Of a DNA stretch of 64,000 bases, positions 14,921-29,519 are shown piece by piece. The notes under the pieces are model-generated. The model saw nothing but the letters and a program-made list of their open reading frames with translations, searched no databases and had not been told where the DNA came from. Origin of the DNA: the human T2T-CHM13v2.0 reference genome, Homo sapiens; NCBI RefSeq assembly GCF_009914755.1, contig NC_060925.1. One strand, written 5' to 3'. The position numbers were made by a program, and so were the translations under genes. The stretch's first letter is position 1. Each line of letters begins with the position of its first letter.

Positions 14921-15347
14921 CATGTGCCTGTTCCCAAATTCCAAGAAACACAGGGTGGTGAGCAGCAAAGAACCCTGTGCAGGACCCCGCTTCTTCTCTG
15001 CCCCTAACTTGAATGGCCTTCAGTTAGTCTCTGACCCCTTCTGGGCCTCTGTAAAGATTAATGGACGCCCACCTGCCTCCATAGGCCTTTAAAGGATTTC
15101 TGGCACAATTAGAGCAGCTACTGTCTGCAGGGCACTGGGTCAAGGCCCTCAATGTATTCACTCATGGATTCTTCAGCTTTATGGTCCCTGAAAAGTGCTG
15201 GGCAGGCTCCTGACTTAGAGCCTTGGCTCTGTGGTTCCCTCCTCTGCCTGGAATGTTCTTCCCCAGGTATTCATGTGATTCCTCCCTCGCATCCTTCAAA
15301 TCTCTGCTCAGATATCATTTTCTTGGTGACTGTGTACCTGGCCACCG

Positions 15348-15655
15348 TTTTTTGTTTTTTGTTTTTGAGACAGAGTCTCGCTCTGTCACCCAGGCTGGAG
15401 TGCAGTGGCGTGATCTCGGCTCACTTGCAACCTCCGCCTCCCTGGTTCAAGCCATTCTCCTGCCTCAGCCTCCCGAGTAGCTGGGATTACAGGCGTGCGC
15501 CACCCCTCCCGGCTAATTTTTGTATTTTTTTTTTTTCGGTAGAGACAGAGTTTCACCATGTTGGTCAGGCTGGTCTCGAACTCCTGACCTCATGATCCAC
15601 CCGCATCGGCTTCCCAAGGTGTTGGGATTATAGACATGAGCCACCACACCTGGCC
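15348..15655 (-). mobile_element. Alu (within an L2 remnant, about 15190-15855)
   Basis: Full antisense dimer. The L2 3' end catagtaggtgctcag...aatgaat follows. Confidence 0.95.
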
Positions 15656-16366
15656 TGTTTTTAAAATCACTACCCACAGCTCTGTTATTTTCTTTTAGCT
15701 TGTATTACCTGCTACCATACCACAGACTCTAATGTGAGCTCTATGGGGACAAGGCCTTCTGTCTGTTTTGATTGTTTCTATGTCCTCAGTGCTTAGATCA
15801 GGACTTGGTCCATAGTAGGTGCTCAGTTAATATTGTGTTAGGTAAATGAATAAACACCCGTAATCAAAACTCTGAGCTCGTCACTTATAAACCCAGTGAG
15901 GTAGATCCCAGTAAAATTTACTTTGTACAGATGACAGAGCTGAGACTGAGAGCCCTAAGAATTGTCTTGTCTAGGTAATTACTAAGTTACAGAGCTGAGA
16001 TACAAACCCGGCCTCTGATCTGGAGCCCAGGCTCCCAGTCCCACGGCATAACAGGTGGAGTGGATACTCACCAGCACCCTCTGCAGTCCCTGATTTGATA
16101 AATTCTCATCTGTGACTTCTCTCCTTTTTTCTGCAAAATGCCCCTTGGGGAAGACAAACTAAATGAGTCCAGTCAGTGTCCAGAACTGCCTGTCACACAA
16201 GGACAAATGCTGAGTCCAGATGGCACCGAGGTTCACACAAGCCTGGCTGGCCACCAGGAACACTGACCACAGGCAGCAACGTGGGACAGGCTCCAGCTTC
16301 TCTTCCAGGCCCCCAGTCCTCCCACTCTTCAGATTCCAGGGCTGAGCCTCCAAAGTTGTCCACCTA

Positions 16367-16644
16367 GGCTGGGTGAGGTGGCTCACGCCTGTAATCCCAG
16401 CACTTTGGGAGGCCGAGGCGGACGGATCACCTGAGGTCAGGAGTTTAAGACTAGCCTGGCCAGCGTGGTGAAACCTCGTCTCTACTAAAAATACAAAAAT
16501 TAGCCGGGTGTGGTGGCGCACGCCTGTAATCCCAGCTAGTTGGGAGGCTGAGTCAAGGAGAATCACTTGAACCTGGAAGGCAGAGGTTGCAGTGAGCCAA
16601 GATCGCGCCACTGCACTCCAGCCTGGGTGAGAGAGCGAGACCTC
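16367..16644 (+). mobile_element. Alu lacking its poly(A) tail
   Basis: The dimer ends gagcgagacctc|attgatggg with no A tail. Confidence 0.9.
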
Positions 16645-18051
16645 ATTGATGGGAACTCTGCCCTGCCTTGGTGGAAAGGCTGGCTTTTCTGCTGCTCCGT
16701 GAATGAGGACGGCCTAAACAAGGGGCTTTGTGGACAGGCGCTGCCACTTACTAAACTGAGACTTTGGGCAAGTTTCTCCACCTCTGTGCCTCAGCGTATT
16801 CCTTGATAAAATGGACAGAGGTGGGGATGACAGTACCTCCCTTATATGACTGTTGGGTGGGATAAATGAGCTAAATTGTGTAAAGTGCCTGGGGTGTCAG
16901 TGCCCTAACTATGTGCTGGGGGTTGGGGGACTAGAGTACTGGGGGTCTGGCTGATGGTCAGAGCCTGTGCTTAGCCTTGTTTGCCAGGGTCGGGGGGCTG
17001 CTGCTGTTGTCCCCAGAGACACCGATGGCCAGAACCTGGAGAAGGTTCGAGGTGTCAGACTCACATTGGGCTGACGGGGACAGGAGATCTGCATCCCTCA
17101 GTGCTATCCTGGCAGAGGAAGTCTCTGAAATGTGAGATGTCACATTTCCCAAGAAATACTGAATGTGACTGGGTCCCCCGTGCCAGCCTTCTAAATAAGG
17201 CTGGACACCAGCCACCTGCTTAGAGAAAGACACTATGTCAAGTGCCTCAAGAAAAGATGTATGGTTCATGAACTCGCTGCTTCTGCTTCTGGTCCCTTGA
17301 GTCTTCAAGATGAACTTGTCTTCCTTAATTTCTCCAACACTTACGTGGATTAGCAAGGACCCTGGTGATGTCAGGTTTTATACAATGCACCGACAGCTTG
17401 TGTTTGGAGTCGGGGAGGGAAGCTGCCTCTTTTCTCTGCAAGCCATGACATATTCTGGAAGATGCCCACTTTCCCATCGCTGTGGGATTACTGAGGCTGA
17501 GCCCTCACCCTGGAATATCCTGATCTCTTACCCCCAAATTCCACCCACAGGAAGGCCACAGAGGCCTCAAGGCCCTGCAGAGCTGCATGCGTATCTTCCT
17601 TCTCCCTGCCCTCCTCAAATTGAATCCGTCATTCTTTTTGGAAGCTCTTCAGACACGCTCCATTTTGGCAGTGCTACTTGGTGTTTAAAAGTGTGGGTTT
17701 TAGGATCAGGCGTACCCTACCCCTGCCTCGTACTCACTGTGTGACCTTAGAAAAATTACTTTCCGTCTTGGAACCTGTGTCCTTATCTATAAAATAGAAC
17801 CAATAACTATTAAATGATGATGCACATAAAGAGCTCCACAGAGGGCCTGGCACAGAATTGGCATTCAACACACATTGATGCTTTCTCTGACGCTGACTTC
17901 CCTTCTGTTAGGCAGAATCGCCTGTCTTCCTGCTGGATTGTAAAAGTCTGTCTCATGTATCTCGGTATCCCCCAAAGCTCCTGGCATACAGTAGGGGAAC
18001 CGGGAATTGTTTAAATCAAAATCTTCAACAAGTCATTTTAAAAGAAATGTT

Positions 18052-18339
18052 CAGGTCCAGTAGCTCATGCCTGGTAATCCCAGCACTTTGGGAGGCTGAG
18101 GCAGGCAGATTGCTTGAGCCCAGGAAATCGAGACCAGCCTGGGCAACAGAGCGAGACCCTTTCTCTACAAAAGACGCAAAAAATAGCTGGACATGGTGGT
18201 GTGTGCCTGTAGTCCCAGCTCCTCGGGGGCCGAGGTGGGAGGATTGCTTAAGCCTGGGAGGTCAAGGGTACAGTAAGCCATGATCATGCCACTGCAGCCT
18301 GGATGACAGAGTGAGACCCTGTCAAAAAAAAAAAAAAAA
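18052..18339 (+). mobile_element. Alu (J-like)
   Basis: Diverged dimer with an A tail. Confidence 0.9.
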
Positions 18340-18371
18340 GAGAGAGAGAAGAAAGGGAAGAGGAGGGGAGG

Positions 18372-18521
18372 GGAGGGAAGGGAACATTTACCTGTCACCC
18401 CCTCACACTTTTGTCCTGAAACACCTCTGGGAAGAAGGAAGGAGGGAAGGAAGGAGGGAGGGTAGGGAGGGAAACATTTACCTGTCACCCTCACACTTTT
18501 GTCCTGAAACACCTCTGGGAA
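18372..18521 (+). repeat. Tandem duplication with a period of about 90 bp
   Basis: aacatttacctgtcaccc(cc)tcacacttttgtcctgaaacacctctgggaa at 18383 and 18473, each preceded by a GGA-rich tract. Confidence 0.9.
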
Positions 18522-20432
18522 CCTCGGTGCCTTGCCCAGAAAGTGGCCCCCAGGGACTCAGCTTTGTGGGAACCCGCATAGTGCAGGCACAGGTGGACTT
18601 CACAGTCAGCTGGATTTGATTATGAGTCGACTGTGCCACTTACCGGCTGTGTGGCCCAGGGCAAATTACTTACCCTGTCCAAGACTCCAAGATGGTGGGG
18701 CGGATCATTCCTTGAAGGGTGGCCGTGAGGATCGGGTGAGTTTAGGAATGCACCTGATTCATGCTGAGTATCAGCTGCTGCTGATTTCATGATAGCTGCT
18801 GCGGAGACTGCTATTCTTGTTACCATTATTCTTCTTACCCTGCCTTGTGTATTACTTAACATCCTTTCTTCTTTTTCCCATCAGCTCTCTCCAGCTGGGC
18901 AGCCCTCCTCCCAGCTCCCCTGCCTCTATGCCTCATTTGCACATTGCTTTTTGTTTTTCCCTAGTGCACAGTCTAAAAGATCCCTGGTGCTCTGTTGAAA
19001 CAGGAACCTGACACCCTTTGACCTTGGTCCGTGGGGAGGTAGCCTGAAACTCCCTCCCAGGCAGGACAGGAGCAGGGGCTCAGCACCTTTTTTCCTACCC
19101 CCACTGCATGGGACTGGAAATTGTGACAAAAGTGATTGTGGGCTGAAACTTGGCAGAGAGAGCCCCACTGAATTCCTCCTTTGTGATGTGAATGTGGCAC
19201 AGCCCGGTGGAACCGGGGATCCCTTTCCCAATTATGCAGCTTGGCAGGAAGAGGTCGGTGCAGGGAGAATGCTCAAGGAGCCCCTCTGTCATGGGGGTTG
19301 GTAGCACCGCCAGCCGCCTCCGACTGGCAAGACCTCCTCCCACTAAAGCCAGCTGGGCTGGGCGCTTCTGCAACTGCACCTTCCGGGGCCACAGCACAGA
19401 ACTCAGTGGTCACGTGAGGGTCTACATCCGATTCCCAGTTTCTAAACTGTGTCCTGGAGAGTTTCTGCAATTCAGCGAGAAGAGGCAGCGGAAGGCCCAG
19501 CCATCAATGCTTGGGCCCTTTACCCCGTTTCAGCCGGGGCAGCGCTGCTTTCCATCGTCCCATCTTATTTCAGTCGTTGTCTTCACGTTCAAGTTCATGG
19601 AGACTCAATCCAGATGTGCCTGGCTGTGATGGCCCCACTCAGGTCTCAGCCACTCTGATGTCTGGAGCTGGGTCTACCTCCCTGGCCCCGACTCCTCCAC
19701 ACCCACTGCACAGCCCCTCCCTGCCGGCTCTGGTTGGCCAGGGGTGTGCACACGAGTGGAAAGAGCCTCTGCCCAGCGTGGAGCGGTGAGGCTAAAGGCT
19801 TCCATGTTCCCTGCTGACTTCCACCTGCAAAGGCCAGGCAACCGCTGAAACCTCCAGCCCCACCAGGGAATACTGATACAGTCACTTTCTCAGGTCACAA
19901 CGGAAATCACATTTATTCTGCATATTTTCCTCATGTTGCCGGCAAATTATTTGCATACGGATACAAGATTTGGGTATCTGGATCTTCCTGCAAGTTAGCT
20001 TTTATTAATCCTCTCCCCTTCAGGCTTGGACTGGGAATTTCCCCTCATTGATATGAGACATTGGTTCAACTTTTAAACTTGCCAGGTATTCATTTGTTTG
20101 TTCTATAAATATCTACTAAGTACCTGTTAAGTTCCTGGCATGCGGTGCTGGGGCCTGGAGCAGGCAGTGGACAAGACAGACAAGAACCGTGTTTCAGAGA
20201 GTTCATACTCCAGTGAGGGAGACAGGGAGCCAACAAGAAAGCAAAATGAGATTACTACTGACTGCAAAGTGTTATCATCACCCATGGGAAGGAAAGGCAA
20301 GGAACTCAGCAGGGGACCCAAGTGTAGCTGTGTGAGAGAGGAGGCATTTCCACTGGATGGTCAGAGAGGTGCTCACTGAGGAGGTGGCATTTAAGCTGAG
20401 AGACAGAGGTCTCTACTAAAAAGTAGTAAGAT

Positions 20433-20745
20433 AGCCAGGCATGGTGGCTCATGCCTGCAATCCCAGCACTTTGGTAAGGCCGAAGCAGGAGGATCGCTTG
20501 AGGCCAGGAGTTCAAGACCAGCCTGGGCAACACAGCAAGATTCCATCTCTACAAAAAGATTAAAAATTAAAACATTAGCTGGGTGTGATGGTGTGCACCT
20601 GTAATCCCAGGTACTTGGGAGGCTGAGGCGGGAGGATCACTTGAGCCCAGGAGTTCGAGGCTGCAGTGAGCTATGGGTGACAAAGAAATATGCTGTCTCT
20701 AAAATAATTTTTAAAAAAATTTTAAATACAGAAATAAATAAATAA
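20433..20745 (+). mobile_element. Alu (J-like, internally deleted)
   Basis: Dimer with a deletion after gcagtgagctatg. Confidence 0.9.
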
Positions 20746-21174
20746 GTAGCCAGACAAAAGAGACAGGTGGAAGGGTGTTTTCAAGCAGTAGGTATAGCAA
20801 GTTCCAAGGCCCTGTGGTAGGAAGTAGTTGGTGCCAATGAGGAGCAGAAAGGAAACCACTGAGGGCTGGTGAGCAGGAGATATGAGCTGTGACAGCAAGA
20901 CAGGAGCCTCGTCCAGGCTGGTGGGGCTTGAGGGTCATGGCCAAGGAGTTTGGATTTTATGCTAAAAGTAATAAAAACACATTGATGGGCTTTTGGACAT
21001 TCTTGTTACAAACTATTTCAGTCATTCAAAAGAGTATATATAAGATATATGTGAATTGTAATGAATAGTATAATAAAACGCTCATGTACCCTTCACTGTT
21101 CGCCTCCCCAGTACTATTCTTCACTCTTCATTTCTCCAGGAGGTAGTGTGTGTGTGTGTTTGTTTGTTTCTATG

Positions 21175-21505
<331 letters not shown>

Positions 21506-21829
21506 TGAATTTTAGTTTATAGTCTTTGCGTTTCTTCCTAATATTACAAAAATAGAGCAACATATTGTTTGGTTTTGAACTTCATTTAAGTGGATTTCTG
21601 CAGTGTGTATTCTTCTGCAGTTTGCTTTTCTGTTCAACATTATGTTTGTCAGGATCATCCTCACTGGTGCACACAGCTGCAGTTTACTCACCTTCACTGC
21701 TGCGTACGTAATACTCCACAGAGTGACACGTTGTGGTTTATCCTTTCTCCTGGGACCAATTTCTAATGTTGAACCAAACCCTGCATTCTTGGGATAAACC
21801 CAACTTGATTATGATGTGTTATCTTTTTA

Positions 21830-22218
<389 letters not shown>

Positions 22219-22576
22219 TCATTTTCCTCTCCTGCCTTGTTCTTTTCTAGTTTTGGTGTCAAGGTATATACATTCCTTATAAGATGACCTGAGAGTATTT
22301 CCTCTGATATTCTCTGGAGCACATGTCTAAGATGGATAATACCATGAAAGAGTTTGATAAATGTTAGCTACCATGTTGTCATCCTTCTGCAACTCATATT
22401 TTTTTGTACAGAATTCTGGCTTCTTCTGGTACCACTTGTCTTGCATAGATACCTACCCTAACCCTTGCCCTTTTCCCCCTAAAAAACAAAGAAAACACAT
22501 GGCTCCCCAACATGTAACTCCAATTGCAATGCTCACAGCTTGCTTAGAAAGCTGCATCTCTGTGGTTTTTTTATAG

Positions 22577-22649
22577 GTGGATCTTTAACTCAAGACTAGC
22601 ATGAAGAGTTGCCTTCTGGCCTGCCCTGAGTCTCCTCAAATAACAACAG
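22577..22649 (+). other. TMEM51: 73-nt internal 5'UTR exon of TMEM51, probably a cassette exon
   Basis: Acceptor ggttttttttatAG|GTGG and donor AACAG|GTAGAT lie in unique sequence. The size fits my recollection of the TMEM51 5'UTR structure. Contains an ATG at 22601. Confidence 0.75.
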
Positions 22650-23278
22650 GTAGATACCTCTCTAACTGGTTAATAATTTTTCTTTAAAAACTCAGATATA
22701 GAATCATTCATACCTCCCTTAGGGCCTCCTCAGACATGAGCAGTGATGGGGCCAACCCCAGGGTCTAGAGGTTGAGTTTGGCCAAGCCAGGACCCCAGAC
22801 TGCCCACCAAGCCTACTGTGTTTTAGGGACATATTGGAAGCCGTGTGGTCCAAATCCTCTAAGCATAAAATTAGCTTCTTTCCATATTTTTAAAAGGAAA
22901 AGAACACCATGCTAAATATAGCTCGGGTGCTGTCCAGGGTCAACAAGCCAAGAACAGGACAAACAGCTGACCAGATGCCCCGCTGGGAGCTGGGTTTCTA
23001 CAGACCCCATAGACCCATCAAGATCACAGTCCCCAAAGAGAGGGCTGAACTTGAAGAACAAATCTACGCCACCGTTGCACACATAACCCTGCCATGAACC
23101 CAAAAAACCAAAACTATTTTATGAAAGCAACACATAGATATTTCTGTTTTCTAATTCTTATTCTCCCAGTAAGAAAAAGAAAATGAAAATCATGGTGAAT
23201 CCCATCACACACAGAAAATAACTATAAATATCATAATATATAATCCGAGTGTTGTGAAACTTAGTATGATACATTCAA

Positions 23279-23505
23279 CAGTGTTTCTCAACCTTTTCCG
23301 CCACCTTGCCCTCCCTGAGAAGTCTTTTTAGACATTCTTTTTGGAATACTTGAAAATTTAATGCCAAGGATGCCCTGTGTATCTATTTATATTCTGTGGC
23401 CCTGTGGAGGGCCACAAACCATTATAATATCCAAGATTTTTTTCACCCTGTCCCCAAGAAACAATTTTTGCTCCTTGTGGGTGATCTTACCCCATTGAGA
23501 ATACA
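23279..23505. mobile_element. hAT-Charlie-type non-autonomous DNA transposon (family uncertain)
   Basis: Terminal inverted repeats cagtgtttctcaa ... ttgagaataca. Confidence 0.5.
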
Positions 23506-24849
23506 AGCTCTAATTAACATTAAATAACAATTTTTTTTGTCTGTTTAAGAACTTACTGTTGTGCTGGTCACATACTGTTCTTGGTGCTTTATGTATATTA
23601 TTTATTTATCATAACTCCCCTATGAGGTAGGTACTAGAGAGTTTTTGTCTCCCTTTTACAGCTGTGGAGACTGAAGCACAGAGAGGTTAAGTAACTTGCC
23701 CGAGGTCACACAGCTGTGAAGGAATAGAGTGAGGATGTGAGCCCAGGAAGCCTGGGTCCCAAGCTCACTCTTAACCACTCAGCTATGCTACCTTGCAGCA
23801 ATACAATCAGATTGTGAAAATTCAAAAGAGAGAAATAGAAAGTAAAGGGTACACTTTCCGAGTTTCCTTCGTCCCCAGAAGCAATCATGGTACAAGTCTG
23901 AAAGGTGACCCCCCCCCCCCCGGGATTTTTACATACGTGTGTATATATAAAAATACACTGTCTCTTTCATTTCAATGTAAGTACAATCATCCAGGCTTTT
24001 TCCCATATATTCATCTGTGTATGGAGAATTTTTTAAAAATTAGAATCATGCTGAACATACTGTTGTTTCAATCTTGTTGTTTGATTTAAAAATACATTAG
24101 CTGCTTTGAGACCATAATTTCCTTAAGTGCGTGAACCATAATTTATTACCCTGATCTGGATTATTGGCTATTGAAGTAATTTCTAGCTTCTCACCACTAT
24201 AAAGCTGTGATGATATCTCTGTACATAATTCTTAGAAGTTGGAATTATAGAGCCAAAGGGTATAAACATTTTTGAAACTTTTGTTCTATAAATGCCAAAA
24301 CTTGCCATCTAAAAAAATGCCATGAAATTGCCATCCCAATACCTTTCCCCACACTGAGTATTATCACCTGTTTTTAATCATTGACAGTTTATCAGACAAA
24401 AAGAATGTATTAATCCCGACATTTTAATCTCTGCCCATGATTCACATCTGGAGCCTGTCTTTCTCTCGTGCAGCATAAGGCAAAGCTGGAATGGAGAACG
24501 AATGAGGGCAGGCAGTGAGGGGGTTAAAGCGGCTCAAATCACTAGTCTGCTAACCACACTCTCAGCGTCCCACGTACAAGGCCTGCCTGTCAGGCACTTA
24601 GCATGTGCTCAGAACGTGGTATTTTCATCACTCCTGCTTCCAGCACAACCCCCTGGCTGTGTACTTCTCCACCCTCCGAGTCTGACCTTGTCCCAGATCC
24701 ATTTGGTAGAACCGGTGCATTCCTAAGGCTGCCAGAGCCCCCATCCTTCCTTTTGCCAGCCATGAGTGATACTGTAAGAAATAAATATCCTTGTGTACGG
24801 TCCCATCTGGTCCTACCGCAGCTGTCTGCAGTGGGATCCCTGTTCAGCG

Positions 24850-25066
24850 CCCTGCACGCCACACACATGCCCATCCTACCTGTTCATATTCCATACATAT
24901 GCATGCATATGTACATAGGTGCTCGCACGCATGCACATGTGCTCATGTGTGCATAAACATATATGCACACGTGTTCATGCCCCAGTGTGCCTTGGTGCTT
25001 CTTCTTAACTCCTTCAAGAGCAGAGCCAGTGCGTTCACGCACGTGCACATACACAGTGCTGTGCAT
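24850..25066. repeat. Degenerate alternating purine-pyrimidine (CA/TG/TA) tract
   Basis: Contains catacatatgcatgcatatgtacata, gcacgcatgcacatgtgc and acgcacgtgcacatacac. Confidence 0.8.
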
Positions 25067-25653
25067 TCAGAGTTCAGGCCCAATTAGGCCAGTGGGAATC
25101 CTCTCCCACATAGACTTTCTGTATGTCCCACAGCCCTGAGCTAGGACACCCTGCTGTCTAATCCCACAGTTCCTGTACTTCCTTCTTACTTTATTGGTAT
25201 TCCCTATAGATCATTTTCCTGCTGGCCTAGAAGCTCTGCTAATCCTTAACTTGCTCACTGCTGTTTCTCCAGTGCCTAACACGCTACTTAGGAGGTAGTG
25301 AGATGCACAAGAAATATTTGTTGGGTGAAAAAAAGAAGGAACAGACTTAAAGCTGATAAAGGATGTTGTTCCAAATATTTTTAGAGTCTCTTTTAACAAA
25401 GTGGCCAATTTCAGATAAACTCATGGTTTCACAAGAAAATATCTTCGCAGCATCAGATTTCAAGCAGCCTGGTCAGTCATCCTTTCGGAGAGACTGGAAA
25501 AAATGCAGAATTGAAAACAGGTCCTTGCCCAGCTAAACATCTTGTAAATTTTACTGTTTTGCAAAAGTTCCTGTCACAGGAATAACGTATGGGGGAGAGG
25601 TTTAGCAAGGGGCATTGCTTGCTCCTCCTCCTCAGTCCTTGAGAATGTTCTAA

Positions 25654-26220
<567 letters not shown>

Positions 26221-27171
26221 TCTGCAAACATTTTTTGAGTCCCTGCTGTGTGCCAGGCTTAGAGATGATGACGATGTGGTCATGGGAAGAGAGAGACTCA
26301 CCACGGTGGTTGCTGGAGGATCTGGGGAGCACATGAAAGGGGCATCTGAGCTATGGGTGACCAGAGAAATGTTCTGGAGGGTGGTTGGGGGTGGGTAGTG
26401 CAAAGAAAGGCAGGCTGAGACATGCAGTAGGAGAGGCAGGAGCCAGGCTAAGGCCACCATGAGCAGCATCATTCTAAGAAGCTGGATTTTCTCCTGCAGG
26501 AAGTAGGGAGCCATTGAGGGTGGGGAACAGATGACAGTAGGCTGTTTGGCCTGGTCATACCATTGGCTGAGGCCCTGTCCCCCAGGTGAGTCTGTTACAA
26601 CCATCGATTGTGGACCATTCATCCCATCGCTCACTCTCCCAGCAGCCTCCAGCAAGAGCTGCGATTTTACTGCACTTCATTAAATTCCACACAATGTTTT
26701 AATGACCTGAGCTCCGACCTTTCTGGCCTCCAGCAGGGAAAGGTCTGGCTTTTCCTTTTCAGGGAGTAGCGGGCTGGGCAGACCGGCCTCCCTTCTCGCA
26801 GCCTCGCACAAGGAGCCTGAGCACGTAAGACATCTGGAATGCATCAAAGGCGAGGCCCAGCCAGAGCCGGCGTGCTCGGTGCTGCTGCCTAACTCCTTCA
26901 AGAGCAGAGCCGCCACATTCACAAAGCGTCTGGAATCGGAACTGATCGTCCTCTCTGCTCTTTCTGCTTTCCTTCCAGGCCCTTCCACCGCAGCTATCCG
27001 CACGGGAGGCCTCGCGATTGCTCGGAACCATCCCGCAGGAGTTCAGCTGATATTTTCTAGTGTGGGGCGAGAGATTTTGTGGAGCGCATTTAAGGGGTTT
27101 TTGTTGTGACTGCTGCCTTGTATATATTTATTTTCTTTCTTGGAACTGGGCCTCGCCCTCCTCCCACTGAC

Positions 27172-27515
27172 ATGATGGCCCAGTCCAAGGCCAATGGCTC
27201 GCACTATGCGCTGACCGCCATCGGCCTGGGGATGCTGGTCCTTGGGGTGATCATGGCCATGTGGAACCTGGTACCCGGCTTCAGCGCGGCCGAGAAGCCA
27301 ACAGCTCAGGGCAGCAACAAGACCGAGGTGGGTGGCGGCATCCTCAAGAGCAAGACCTTCTCTGTGGCCTACGTGCTGGTCGGGGCCGGGGTGATGCTGC
27401 TGCTGCTTTCTATCTGCCTGAGTATCAGGGATAAGAGGAAGCAGCGGCAGGGCGAGGACCTGGCCCATGTCCAGCACCCGACAGGCGCTGGGCCTCACGC
27501 CCAGGAGGAAGACAG
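27172..27515 (+). CDS. TMEM51: Transmembrane protein 51, first coding segment (codons 1-114 plus 2 nt; both TM helices). The exon itself spans 26979-27515, including 193 nt of 5'UTR.
   Basis: ATGATGG at 27172 starts MMAQSKANGSHYALTAIGLGMLVLGVIMAMWNLVPG..., recognised as TMEM51. It has two hydrophobic helices followed by the basic stretch RDKRKQR. Acceptor is ctttccttccAG|G (26978/26979) and donor is GACAG|GTGAGG (27515/27516). Confidence 0.96.
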
Positions 27516-27797
27516 GTGAGGCCTGACTGTCCCCTTCCCTCCCCGGATCGGGGATGGGCACGCACGCATGCACACACATGTTCACACCTTTCCGTGGTGA
27601 AAAGACTGTCATCTACAGGCTTTATTGTCCCATGTTCGCCCATGACGCCTCTGTCAAAACGGTTTATCATTTTACAAATAACTTCAGACTTTTCTACCAG
27701 AGCTTCCCAAATAGCATGGTACAAATGGATTACAGGTAAACCAAGATTTTTTAAAAATTTTATTACAATAGATTTTTACACCATGGAATACTATTCA

Positions 27798-28178
<381 letters not shown>

Positions 28179-28319
28179 TTACTCTTAAGTGAACCAGCAT
28201 TTTGACCCGCCCAGGGTCACTGAACAGGGCCTGGGGTGGCCAGCATATTTGCTTGTCCCTTCACCCCAGCATGCTGTGTGTATGCTTTAATTTGAAATGG
28301 CTGGGAAGCAATTTTCCAT

Positions 28320-29320
28320 TTGAGCAAAAATGCCACCAACAAATTTAAAAGATAAGTGATACATTGGGGAAGATATGATAATAGTTGATATCCCTATTAT
28401 AAAAAGAGCTCTTAGAAATGAATATGTAAGATGAATATACCAATAGGAAACAGACAAAGATTATGAATATTCCATAGATGTTCAACCAATAGATGTTCAA
28501 CTTCATTAGTCATGAAATGCAAGCAAAAAGATGTCTTTTCTTTTTTTTGCCTATCATATTGATCAAGATAGACAGCCCCTACTGTTGGAGAGTTGTAGGG
28601 AAGATGGATTGCTGATGAAATGTTGACTGATAGAAACTTTCTTAAGAGTTTCACCATAAGGGGCAGTACTGAAGATGTGCGTATTGATCCTATTTATAAG
28701 AGTTTATCCCTGGGAGACAGTCCCACAGGTGCAAAGGAGTTTGTACCAGTATATTTATCAGATCATTGTTTAGGATAACAAAAACTTAGAAACAACCTAA
28801 AAAACCACCTACTGAGTTAAATGACGTACCTATTCAATGGAGTTCTATGCAGCAACTGTTGATCTATATTTGTTAATGTGGGACCATATCCACAACAATG
28901 AGAAAAGGGGGATATAATACAGCATCTTTGGTCAGGTTATGGTCCCATCAAATGTTGTGGCTGTGGGATTGGAGAGGGGTAGGAAAGGTATACACCAGAA
29001 TGTTACAGTGGTTTGTCTCCAGGTAGAAGGATTCGGGATGTTTTTCTTTTCTTCATTAGATGTTTCTGTGTTGTTTGAATTTTCTACAAGCATTTCTTAT
29101 CTTTATAGTGGGAAGGGAATTGTTCTTAATGTAATATGGATTAAAGGGAACCCTTGGTACACTAATGGTGGGAATGTAAATTAGTGCAACCACTGTGGAG
29201 AAGTTTAGAGTTTCTTCAAAAAACTCAAAATTGAGCTGCCAAATGATTCAGCAATGCCACTTGTGGGTATACACCAGAAGAAAAAAAAATCTCATTATAT
29301 TGAAGGGATTTCTGCCCTCC
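28320..29320 (+). mobile_element. Degraded L1 3' fragments
   Basis: Contains gatgttcaaccttcattagtca, gaaacaacctaaa and tggtgggaatgtaaattagtgcaaccactgtggag. Confidence 0.65.
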
Positions 29321-29325
29321 AATGT

Positions 29326-29480
29326 TACCAGTTACCACCCCTTTCCATGGTAATGACCTGGAAGTTACCATCCCTTTCCTAGAATGTTCTAAATAGCTTG
29401 CCCTTCAATTTACATTAACCCACTTCTTACTTTTGCACATAATTGAAAGTGGGTGTAAGTGGGTACAAATACAATTTCCA
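29326..29480 (+). mobile_element. Internal fragment of a MER41-family LTR
   Basis: Aligns to 30849-30984 of the nearby full LTR. Confidence 0.7.
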
Positions 29481-29519
29481 AATTAAACTCATTTTCTGAT
29501 AGCAAAGAATAATATATGC

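Noticed and set aside
27106-27519. 137-aa and 143-aa ORF-track entries treated as two separate genes (the second is at 31396-31827)
   Set aside because: They are the two coding exons of one spliced gene. Their GTG starts and the intronic AGG TGA stop are artefacts of unspliced ORF calling.
27043-27612. 189-aa minus-strand ORF overlapping the TMEM51 coding exon
   Set aside because: Typical antisense shadow of a GC3-rich coding exon. It has a non-ATG start, no recognisable domain and no supporting promoter or splice structure.
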